Assembly: GCA_964360785.1 (NCBI GenBank)
Contig: CAYHXX010000004.1
Location: 5,568 to 69,567, forward strand
From: an uncultured Gammaproteobacteria bacterium
Lineage (GTDB): Bacteria > Patescibacteriota > Microgenomatia > Woykebacterales > RBG-16-39-9b
Length of the DNA stretch: 64,000 nt
Reading direction: 5' to 3'
Shown here in pieces: positions 18,122-26,107 of this stretch. The notes beneath the pieces were generated by a model. It worked only from the letters and a program-made list of their open reading frames with translations. It did no database searches and was not told the DNA's origin. How positions within the stretch are numbered: position 1 is the first letter of the stretch; each line of letters starts with the position of its first letter. The position numbers were made by a program, and so were the translations under genes.

Positions 18122-19042
18122 ATGAAAAATACCATTGACCTACATGCGCACACGATCTATTCAGATGGTGGTCTCACACCGATTGCTTTGGTGATGCGTG
18201 CCAAGGAGATCGGTCTCAAGAGCATAGCGGTCACTGATCATGACAATATCTCAGCAATTGAGGTGGCGACAATCAAAGGTGCGGAACTTGGTGTTGAGAT
18301 CATTCCGGGAATTGAGCTGACTGCCTATGTCGATGAGATGCTGGATTTGCACATCTTGGGGTATTTTATTGATAAAAAGAGCCGGCATCTAAACGAGAGG
18401 CTCGAATTTTACAAAAAGCAAAGAGAAGTAAAGAGCAAGAAGGTAGTCGAGAATCTAAAAGGGTTTGGATACAAGATAGATTTTAATGAGGTCAAGAAAC
18501 TAGCAAAAGGAACAATCGCTCAGCCTCATCTTGCCTACATTGTGATCAACAATTCTTCCAACACAGCCAAGTTGACCGAAGAGTTTGGAGAAATACCAAC
18601 AACCGGAGAATTTATCAAGGAGTACCTGGCAGTTGGCGGCAAGGCCTACGAACCACGGGAAGCGGCAACTCCAGAGGAAGCAATTGAGATCATTCACGAA
18701 GCTTCCGGTATCGCCGTCCTAGCCCATCCTTGTTGGAATCTAGCGGCCAAGGTTGGTTCGAAACTAATATTTGATGACCAGTGGGTGGAAAAACTAGTGA
18801 AAATGGGACTTGATGGCATCGAAGTTTATGCCCATCGTGATACCAAAGAAGATACCGAAAAAGCGGTTGAGCACTACGAGAAAGTTGCCGACAAGTACAA
18901 ACTTATCAAAACTGGTGGCAGTGATTTCCATGGGTTTGGTAGTGCGGGCAAAGATCTTGGGTTTAAAGATTTTTCTGTTAGTATTCCAGCCAAGGCTTTG
19001 AGTGATTTGAGGAAGTTAAAAGCAAGTCTTACTGTCAAATAA
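18122..19042 (+). CDS. PHP-domain phosphoesterase (TrpH/YciV-like)
   Basis: DLHAHT..SDG, AVTDHD, GIEL, LHILGY, LAHP, GGSDFHG. Confidence 0.92.
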   Translation: MKNTIDLHAHTIYSDGGLTPIALVMRAKEIGLKSIAVTDHDNISAIEVATIKGAELGVEIIPGIELTAYVDEMLDLHILGYFIDKKSRHLNERLEFYKKQREVKSKKVVENLKGFGYKIDFNEVKKLAKGTIAQPHLAYIVINNSSNTAKLTEEFGEIPTTGEFIKEYLAVGGKAYEPREAATPEEAIEIIHEASGIAVLAHPCWNLAAKVGSKLIFDDQWVEKLVKMGLDGIEVYAHRDTKEDTEKAVEHYEKVADKYKLIKTGGSDFHGFGSAGKDLGFKDFSVSIPAKALSDLRKLKASLTVK

Positions 19043-19353
19043 TGGAAGAGTGTTTGTTTTGCAACATCGTCAACAAAAAAATCCCTGCTTCCTTTGTTTA
19101 CCAGGATAGTGAGATAGTAGTTTTTCCGGATATAAATCCTAAAAGTCGAGTCCATTTGTTAGTTGTGCCGACCCTGCACATAAAGAGCTTTTTAGACATA
19201 GAGGACAAGCAGTTTGTGGTGTTGACAAAACTAGCAAAAGTGATACAAAGTTTAGTGAAGAGTAAAAAATTGGAAAATGGTTACCAATTACTTTTCAATG
19301 GTGGCCACTACCAGCACGTACCGCATTTGCATTGGCATTTGCTCGGTGATTAA
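19042..19353 (+). CDS. HIT family nucleotide-binding protein
   Basis: CLFC, DINP, HLLVVP, HLHWHLL. Confidence 0.93.
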   Translation: MEECLFCNIVNKKIPASFVYQDSEIVVFPDINPKSRVHLLVVPTLHIKSFLDIEDKQFVVLTKLAKVIQSLVKSKKLENGYQLLFNGGHYQHVPHLHWHLLGD

Positions 19354-19375
19354 AACGTTTGGAGGTGTTTTTTAA

Positions 19376-19567
19376 TTGACTATTGTTAGAGCCCAAGAAG
19401 GTGAACCAGTCGAGGTTCTAATCAGAAAATTTAATAAGAAAGTTTTAGCAGACGGAGTTCTCAACGAGCTCAAAAAGCGAGAATTTTACGAGAAACCTTC
19501 CAGCATACGTAAACGTGAGAAAAAAGAACGAGCAAGACTGATTTATAAACGCAGTCGGGGAGATTAA
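19376..19567 (+). CDS. rpsU: 30S ribosomal protein S21
   Basis: RKF.KKV...ELKKREFYEKPS. Confidence 0.93.
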   Translation: MTIVRAQEGEPVEVLIRKFNKKVLADGVLNELKKREFYEKPSSIRKREKKERARLIYKRSRGD

Positions 19568-19573
19568 AGAATA

Positions 19574-20035
19574 ATGGCATTTTTCGTTAATGCCGTTGTT
19601 GAGCCGCATTACCCCCTGTCCCGGAAACTTCTCAAGGCAGCAGCCACAAAAACACTAGAACTGATGGACGTCAAAGGCAATGCGCGTGTCGATATTTCTG
19701 TTATTGGCGATCGCAAAATGCGAGCTCTCAACAAAGAGTTTCGCGGCAAGGATCATTCGACTGATGTTCTGTCGTTTTCATTTGAACTTTCAGACAAAAA
19801 AGCCGGAAAATTCGTCAATCCGCCTGGGACAGATTTCCTCAACCTCGGTGATGTGATTATATCCTACCCGCAACTAATGGAAAAAGCTGCCAAGCAAAAT
19901 ATGCTGGTGGATGACATGGCCAACCTCCTCGTCGTCCACGGAATCTTGCATTTGCTTGGTTACGACCACGAAGTTCCCGCCGAAGCCCACGTAATGGAAA
20001 AACTCGAAGACCAAATCCTCGAACAACTAAAATGA
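19574..20035 (+). CDS. ybeY: rRNA maturation endoribonuclease YbeY
   Basis: LN..FRGKD..TDVLSF, LGDVIIS, HGILHLLGYDH. Confidence 0.96.
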   Translation: MAFFVNAVVEPHYPLSRKLLKAAATKTLELMDVKGNARVDISVIGDRKMRALNKEFRGKDHSTDVLSFSFELSDKKAGKFVNPPGTDFLNLGDVIISYPQLMEKAAKQNMLVDDMANLLVVHGILHLLGYDHEVPAEAHVMEKLEDQILEQLK

Positions 20036-20115
20036 TTGACTAATCCCATTCAGTCGTAAAGTAGTTCCCAAATTTTTGTAAACAAGTATAATAACTGCGA
20101 AGAAGGAGGAGACTC

Positions 20116-20559
20116 ATGTGCTGCACAGACAGCTGGTTGTCCTGCACACGGTGTTTTGAGAAATATCCAGCGGAAGCTATCTACTGCATGCGCTGCGGCA
20201 AGAAAACAGGCAAGACTCAGCAAGATCGGATGTGGCCGGGTGAAATTTTAAGAATTGCTCATGATGCTGACATGACACTACTAGAGGAAGCCATACGGGC
20301 CGCGTTTGGCCAACTCCCAAACGGGCGGCAAAGTATCACCAACGATGAGATTCAGACTATACTTCCGAGATTGACAGAGAAGCAAGGGCAGGTATTGATC
20401 CGTGCCTTCAACCTGGACAAGAAAGGGGTGCGCCCTAGAAAAGAGATTTCTGCAGAGATGGGATCATCTGTAAGAGCTGTTATGGAGCGTGTTGACTGGG
20501 CATTAGCCTGTGTTAACGAGTCGCTGGAAATTGAATATTACCGAAGGATCCAGGCGTGA
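20116..20559 (+). CDS. zinc-ribbon plus sigma-70 region 4-like HTH protein
   Basis: C..C-x10-C..CG; 'LTEKQGQVL...EISAEMGSSVRAV' HTH; AAGGAGG RBS. Confidence 0.7.
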   Translation: MCCTDSWLSCTRCFEKYPAEAIYCMRCGKKTGKTQQDRMWPGEILRIAHDADMTLLEEAIRAAFGQLPNGRQSITNDEIQTILPRLTEKQGQVLIRAFNLDKKGVRPRKEISAEMGSSVRAVMERVDWALACVNESLEIEYYRRIQA

Positions 20560-20634
20560 ACCCACTCACGCCTTTTTATTTTTCCCAAAAACTTGCAGGA
20601 TTAGCTTATAATTTCAACAGGAAAGGAGATCTCA

Positions 20635-21003
20635 ATGACACTCAAGACTTATAGTCCCGGTGTTTGGGCTATGGCGTTTCATTACCCAGACTACTCTCAA
20701 GCCTTTGAGGTTTGGAGGCAGATCAATCGCTATCTACAAGAACCTGTATTTGACGGTGGTGTTGCAGCATACAGACTGCGAAAAGTGGAGGAAGATGGGG
20801 AAACAAAGGGGTACATATATATCGTCGCTGCAGGGCAAAGTTTATCACCAGAAATGCAGGCGAGGTTGGAAACGATATGTAAAGATGGCCTGTCCACAGA
20901 AGTCGAAGACAGTATTGTTCTGAAAGTAGCTGAAGATCACGAAGGACGTTATGTGCCTGGAGTGAAAACGCACTTCCACAACCGAGCCTTCCGACACATA
21001 TAG
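20635..21003 (+). CDS. hypothetical protein (accessory cassette)
   Basis: AAGGAG RBS, upstream TATAAT, terminator at 21002-21031. Confidence 0.7.
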   Translation: MTLKTYSPGVWAMAFHYPDYSQAFEVWRQINRYLQEPVFDGGVAAYRLRKVEEDGETKGYIYIVAAGQSLSPEMQARLETICKDGLSTEVEDSIVLKVAEDHEGRYVPGVKTHFHNRAFRHI

Positions 21004-21048
21004 CGTACCTTCTGGTGCGCTTTTTCTTTTTCCTGATATACTATTCCC

Positions 21049-21561
21049 ATGAAATTGATAGTTGGTTTGGGAAATCCGGGAGCAGAATATGCTGGTACGC
21101 GGCACAATCTTGGTTTTGAAGTGGTTGACGCTCTAGTTTTCGGGAAAAAAGCTTCGCCGGAAATTAGCAAGAAACTTCAAGCAATAATCTACAAATTGCC
21201 TGGTGTTATTCTGATCAAGCCGCAAACTTTTATGAATCTCTCTGGAGTTTCAGTTGTGGCAGCGGTGAATTTCTACAAAATCGATCTTAACGATTTGCTG
21301 GTGATCCATGACGATGTTGACTTTGAACTTGGGGAAGTAAAACATCAATTTGACCGAAGTTCTGCGGGGAATAAAGGGGTCGAGTCAATCATCAAAGCCC
21401 TCAATTCTCAAGCTTTCAATAGGTTGAGACTTGGTATTGGGCACTCGGATCTTGATACCTCGGACCACGTATTGCAGAAGTTTTCAGACGAGGAAAAACA
21501 AGTTGCCCAACGTATGGTCGAGCGAGCAGCTGAAGTTACCCAAAATTGGATTAACGCATAA
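21049..21561 (+). CDS. pth: peptidyl-tRNA hydrolase
   Basis: LIVGLGNPG..Y..TRHN.G, KPQTFMNLSG, HDD, RLRLGIG. Confidence 0.96.
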   Translation: MKLIVGLGNPGAEYAGTRHNLGFEVVDALVFGKKASPEISKKLQAIIYKLPGVILIKPQTFMNLSGVSVVAAVNFYKIDLNDLLVIHDDVDFELGEVKHQFDRSSAGNKGVESIIKALNSQAFNRLRLGIGHSDLDTSDHVLQKFSDEEKQVAQRMVERAAEVTQNWINA

Positions 21562-21770
21562 GAATTGGAGGTACAGTTATAGATTCGCTTTGCTCTCTGT
21601 AACTTAAGAAAGTTATCGACATTAGTTTTGGTTCAAACCTAAAAGCCACTGACACCCCCACAAAGTCCCGTTGGGAGAGTTTCCGTATTACCATCAAACA
21701 AGAGATCGACTATCGCGAAATTTCCAATAGACTAATTGAATATCAATACCAAAACATTGGCCGTTCTCAA

Positions 21771-23558
21771 GTGGTCGAGGAAGGTCAATTTTCATTTCGA
21801 GGAGGGCTGCTCGATATTTGGCTGGAGCGTTACAAAATACCAGTTCGACTAGATCTGATTGGCAACCATCTTGAAGGAATTTACTTATTTAACCCGCTAA
21901 CCAACGAGAAAGTTCGGGAGTTGAAAGAGCTGGTTATCATTCCCTTTAAATCCCTTCCTGATCTGGATAAAGTGTGGAAAAAATCTCACGGTGGGGAAAG
22001 AGAGAAAATATTTCTTTCCGAGATCAAAGAGGGTGACTATGTTGTTCATATCGACAACGGGATTGGGAAATTCTTGGGTTTTGAACGCAAAAAAACTTCT
22101 GAAGGCGAGGTTGAAAGTTTGGTTGTCGAGTTTGCCAAAGGTGACAAACTTTTTGTTCCAGTTACCCAAATTGAGCGATTAACTAAGTATATTGGAGGGA
22201 CGGGAAGAAAACCAAATCTAAGTTCTTTGGGAACAGCAGGGTGGGAAAGAATCAAACAGCGAGTCAAAGATTCAGTCATCGCCGTGGCCAAGGACTTGCT
22301 TGAGGTCTACGCCAAAAGAGAATTGAGTACACGCAAACCGTATTCCGAGGATGACAGTTGGCAACGGCAATTGGAAAACAGTTTTGATTATAAAGAGACA
22401 GACGATCAGCTTGCTGCTGTTGCGGATATCAAAAACGATCTATACCGTCCGCGTCCGATGGATAGGTTGCTAGTTGGCGATGTTGGTTTTGGGAAAACTG
22501 AAGTTGCACTGCGAGCTGCTTTCAAAGTAGCGCATGATTCCCAGCAAGTGGCACTTCTTGTTCCGACGACGATTCTTGCCGAACAGCATTTCCATCTTTT
22601 CAAAAGCCGGTTGGAAGCCTTTCCTATAAGAGTAGAAATATTATCTCGAACAGTTGATAAAGACAGACAGAGAGATATTATTACTAATGTAGAAAATGGT
22701 CAAGTTGACATACTTATTGGGACCCACAGACTGCTATCTAAAGATGTCGTTTTCAAGAATTTGGGACTTTTAATTATCGATGAGGAGCATCGTTTTGGAG
22801 TCGAGCAAAAGGAAAAACTTAAAAAAGTTAGAGCCGAAGTTGACTGTTTGTCGCTTTCAGCAACACCCATTCCGCGAACATTGCATATGGCTCTGACCAA
22901 AATTCGGGATGTTTCTTTATTGACAAGAGCACCAGTCGGCCGGGAGCCAATTGCCACCAAAGTAGGCGAAACTGATTGGGACCAGGTTAAACTTGCGATT
23001 GACCAAGAACTGAACCGATCAGGTCAGACTTTTTTCTTGTCCAACCGAGTAGCCACGATTGCTGCTAAAGCCCAAAAAATCCGGGAGTTGGTTCCCTTCG
23101 CCCGTGTTGAATATGCACATGGGCAAATGAACGAGTTGCAACTCGAGAAAACCATGAATCTACTTTACGAAGGCAAGATCGATGTTTTGGTTTGTACCAC
23201 CATCATTGGTTCAGGGCTCGATGTTCCCAATGTGAATACGATCATAGTTGAAAACGCTCACAAATTTGGATTGGCTGATCTTTATCAACTCCGTGGCCGA
23301 GTTGGCCGTTCAGAACGAGAGGCACACGCTTATCTTTTTTATCCAAAAGGTTATCAACCTGAAGGTCCAGCAGCGCAGCGGTTACTCGCAATTTCTCAAG
23401 CGACAGAACTCGGGAGTGGTTTTAAAATAGCCAACCAAGATCTTGAAATTCGGGGAGCGGGCAATATGCTCGGTGCAGCCCAAAGCGGAAATATCTCTTT
23501 AGTAGGTTTCGAATTGTATGTTCAGTTACTCTCACAGGCTGTAGAAAATTTGAAATAA
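21771..23558 (+). CDS. mfd: transcription-repair coupling factor, truncated form; reading frame open from 21603
   Basis: RGG..DI, GDYVVH..GIGKF (RID), GDVGFGKT, DEEH, SATPIPR, QLRGRVGR, DLEIRGAG; lacks C-terminal TRCF domain. Confidence 0.92.
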   Translation: MVEEGQFSFRGGLLDIWLERYKIPVRLDLIGNHLEGIYLFNPLTNEKVRELKELVIIPFKSLPDLDKVWKKSHGGEREKIFLSEIKEGDYVVHIDNGIGKFLGFERKKTSEGEVESLVVEFAKGDKLFVPVTQIERLTKYIGGTGRKPNLSSLGTAGWERIKQRVKDSVIAVAKDLLEVYAKRELSTRKPYSEDDSWQRQLENSFDYKETDDQLAAVADIKNDLYRPRPMDRLLVGDVGFGKTEVALRAAFKVAHDSQQVALLVPTTILAEQHFHLFKSRLEAFPIRVEILSRTVDKDRQRDIITNVENGQVDILIGTHRLLSKDVVFKNLGLLIIDEEHRFGVEQKEKLKKVRAEVDCLSLSATPIPRTLHMALTKIRDVSLLTRAPVGREPIATKVGETDWDQVKLAIDQELNRSGQTFFLSNRVATIAAKAQKIRELVPFARVEYAHGQMNELQLEKTMNLLYEGKIDVLVCTTIIGSGLDVPNVNTIIVENAHKFGLADLYQLRGRVGRSEREAHAYLFYPKGYQPEGPAAQRLLAISQATELGSGFKIANQDLEIRGAGNMLGAAQSGNISLVGFELYVQLLSQAVENLK

Positions 23559-23563
23559 TAATA

Positions 23564-23651
23564 GGTTTGAACTTTTAGTCCGAAGGACGCAAAGCGCGTA
23601 GCGATTTATATCCAACTTCTCGCCCAAGCCATCGAACAACTCAAAAATTAA
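23564..23651 (+). pseudogene. relic second copy of mfd 3' end (IYIQLLAQAIEQLKN*)
   Basis: Matches the mfd terminus LYVQLLSQAVENLK*; interrupted by a short hairpin element also found at 15953. Confidence 0.6.
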
Positions 23652-23819
23652 ATCTAAGTGAGCAATTGCGGGGCTTTTTTATTGACAAGGCCGGGCCTTA
23701 GCCACACGGAGTTTTTTTCTTTCCAAAATTTGTAAGAATATGTTATACTATAGGGCAGAATACAGCCTGCGGAGAGTATCCGTGTAAGTGCTGATAAGTT
23801 CGAAACGGAGAGAGTTAAA

Positions 23820-24686
23820 ATGTCGATAGACGAAACGGTCGTAAGGCCGCAAGTTGCCCTTTTCATCGATCTGGAAAACATCCGCTACAGTTTCTTGAGC
23901 CAGTTCAAATATGAACCGGATTTCAAGTCACTTTTCGGTGTTGCCCGGGCGGAAGGTCCTGTCTCGGTCGCCTACGCCTACGCCGATTTTTCACGTCACC
24001 CTGAGGCGGTGCGTCGGCAACTGGAAGCGTTGGGGATCACCTGCCGTGACACCCCAGTGCGGGTTCAGCAATCCAACGGCGAGACTCGGGTCAAAAGTAC
24101 TGTAGACCCGCAAATGATGCTCGACATCTTAGAGACGGCGCTTGACCGGCCGCAGGTTAAGACCTTCATCGTTGGGACCGGGGACTCGGACTTTTTGCGC
24201 ATCGTGACGATGTTGCAAAACCGATTCGAGAAACGGGTCTTGGTAATCGGGGTGCCGGGAACCCTGAGCCAGGATCTTGCGGCAGCGGCTACAGACGTCA
24301 TAAACCTGGAGCCGGTTGTCATTACGGGTGACAACCCGATCGTCGGGGCGATCGTTCATCTAATGAGGACGAAAACACCGCCGGTGGGGTTCTGGACACT
24401 CCCGCAACTTGCCAAGTGGGCGAACCAGACCCATAATGGGGTTCCGGGAACGGATAGCGAAAGGTCGGCTGCTATCTCGTTCATGGTCCAGAACGGTTTA
24501 ATCAGGCAGGAGGTCCTGCCGGCCGAAGGCGAGCTAACCGAACGACGGGCCAGCAGTATTGATGAGGAGAACGAGCTGGTCAAAGAGATTCTCGCAGGCA
24601 GCACACCAAAACAGACACCCGGTCAAAGTCTTCTCGAGGCGTTCAGGGAGGCCGACTTGTCTGGAGAAAGTAACGCCAACAACTGA
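23820..24686 (+). CDS. NYN/LabA (DUF88, PIN-like) domain protein with C-terminal wHTH-like region
   Basis: LFIDLENI, K..VD..M..D, GDSDF, V.VIG, S..L...A. Confidence 0.88.
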   Translation: MSIDETVVRPQVALFIDLENIRYSFLSQFKYEPDFKSLFGVARAEGPVSVAYAYADFSRHPEAVRRQLEALGITCRDTPVRVQQSNGETRVKSTVDPQMMLDILETALDRPQVKTFIVGTGDSDFLRIVTMLQNRFEKRVLVIGVPGTLSQDLAAAATDVINLEPVVITGDNPIVGAIVHLMRTKTPPVGFWTLPQLAKWANQTHNGVPGTDSERSAAISFMVQNGLIRQEVLPAEGELTERRASSIDEENELVKEILAGSTPKQTPGQSLLEAFREADLSGESNANN

Positions 24687-24709
24687 ATAACAATAGAATA
24701 ATCACAACA

Positions 24710-24736
24710 AAGGGCTTTGCGGAAACGTAAAGCCCT
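24710..24736 (+). terminator. hairpin terminator
   Basis: agggctttgcg-gaaa-cgtaaagccct. Confidence 0.6.
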
Positions 24737-24775
24737 CATCATTTTAAAAATTATTTGTTGCAAGGCCGGGCCTTG

Positions 24776-25162
24776 TCAGTCTATTTTTGGGATTCCGTAC
24801 TCAATGTGGGGATTTTTGTGGATGCCGACAAAGTTAATATAACCATCTTCGTGGTGCTCACAGTAGCTGCCGACACACTCTCTGTCGCTATAATGATGAG
24901 TATTGTGCACTAATCCGCCATAGCGATTCCAGACATAAGTACCGTGGACTTCGACGCGATCACCGATTTTTACTGGTACTCGATAGGCCCGTAAGAGACT
25001 GTTGGCAACCAAAACCGTATGGCCAGCGTGAAGTTCGAGCACAAATTTCTGGTGGGGAGTGGAGTCAGTATCATCGGGAAGTATTTTGATAACCTTTCCG
25101 ATAGCAGTCAGGGGGACATTGTGCATCTTACGGGCAAAGGCAGTTTCAGCAGTTATTTGCAT
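24776..25162 (-). CDS. DUF3465-like OB-fold protein
   Basis: G.V.KILPDD...PHQKF.L...TVLVA...GD.V...G.Y.WN..GG..H.THH. Confidence 0.8.
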   Translation of the reverse strand: MQITAETAFARKMHNVPLTAIGKVIKILPDDTDSTPHQKFVLELHAGHTVLVANSLLRAYRVPVKIGDRVEVHGTYVWNRYGGLVHNTHHYSDRECVGSYCEHHEDGYINFVGIHKNPHIEYGIPKID

Positions 25163-25243
25163 CTTTTCTTAGTATTAAGAAAAAAGGGGAAAGAATCAAG
25201 TTTTTTAATTTCTACCTTTGGTAGCAAAGGTAGAGCCAAACTA

Positions 25244-25392
25244 CCGCCTGACTGCGCGTGCTACAAAAAATTAAGTCGCTCGAGCAAAATTGTTAAACTC
25301 TCCCGATCAGAATCGGGATCAAACAAACAATTTATGCTAGGTCGCTAGGTCGCTTGGTTAATTCTTTGTTTAACGCATGCTCGCAATGGCGG
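25244..25392. repeat. ~150-bp imperfect palindrome (MITE/REP-like or ncRNA)
   Basis: Nested arms ccgcc/ggcgg, acaaaaaattaa/ttaattctttgt, aaattgtt/aacaattt, tcccgat/atcggga. Confidence 0.6.
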
Positions 25393-25403
25393 GAAAAAGG
25401 GAA

Positions 25404-25685
25404 CTAACCTTTCAACAAATCCTGCAAACCACCGAGGCCGCCCATCATACCTTGCATTTTCTTGGCAGCGACTTTTTGGGCCTCGTCGTTGGCTTTGTTA
25501 ATGGCATCTTTCAATTTATTTTTATCGACGTTGTCTTCGAAATCTAAGTTGAGTATCTTTTGCGCTCCGTTGATGCGAACTTTCACACCGCCGTGTTCCA
25601 CATCCAGAACCTCAGATTCCAATTCCTTCTTCATCTGATCAGCCTGCTTTTTGAGATCATAAAGCTGCTTCATTTTGTCAAACAT
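25404..25685 (-). CDS. ybaB: YbaB/EbfC nucleoid-associated protein
   Basis: K.A..MK..L..E...GGVKV.ING...A.N.A; downstream of dnaX. Confidence 0.88.
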   Translation of the reverse strand: MFDKMKQLYDLKKQADQMKKELESEVLDVEHGGVKVRINGAQKILNLDFEDNVDKNKLKDAINKANDEAQKVAAKKMQGMMGGLGGLQDLLKG

Positions 25686-25701
25686 AAATTGCCCTCCGGT
25701 T

Positions 25702-25736
25702 GAGTTTTGAGTTCGGAGTTAGGAATTAGGAGTTAA
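25702..25736. repeat. 5 x 7-bp tandem repeat (GAGTTNN)
   Basis: gagtttt gagttcg gagttag gaattag gagttaa. Confidence 0.85.
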
Positions 25737-26091
25737 TTTTTAATTTCTTTGAAACACTTACTAAAATCTTGATTAACTCTTCACACTCCTGTCTCAAATT
25801 TATTAATTTATTCTCTGATAGTAATTCAGATTCAAGTATTAAATCAATCCAGTAACCTGTTTCTCTTGCTTCTTTGAGACTAATACTTATCTTGCTAGCA
25901 AAATCCTTTCGAGAGTAGGTAGATTGAGCTTCCTGTAAGTTTGCTCCAATAGAGGTTCCCGATCGTACAAGCTGATTTGCTAACGCATACCCAGCTGGAT
26001 TCTTTGGTAGAATGCTTGAAAGGTTCAGAATTCTTACTGAAAATTTGAATGCCTTTTCTAGTAATTCTTTCTTAAACTCATCATTCTGCAC
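25726..26091 (-). CDS. four helix bundle protein (23S rRNA IVP / TIGR02436-like)
   Basis: QL.RSGTSIGAN..EA...SRKDF..K..I..KEARET.YW. Confidence 0.92.
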   Translation of the reverse strand: MQNDEFKKELLEKAFKFSVRILNLSSILPKNPAGYALANQLVRSGTSIGANLQEAQSTYSRKDFASKISISLKEARETGYWIDLILESELLSENKLINLRQECEELIKILVSVSKKLKINS

Positions 26092-26107
26092 TCTTAACTC
26101 CTAACTC
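26089..26107. repeat. heptamer repeats complementary to 25702-25736
   Basis: cactc ttaactc ctaactc. Confidence 0.75.

Noticed and set aside
25244-25392. SRP RNA (ffs) near dnaX
   Set aside because: No domain IV CAGG-GNRA-AGCA motif on either strand.
25726-26091. Diversity-generating retroelement (Avd)
   Set aside because: No reverse transcriptase and no template/variable repeat pair seen.
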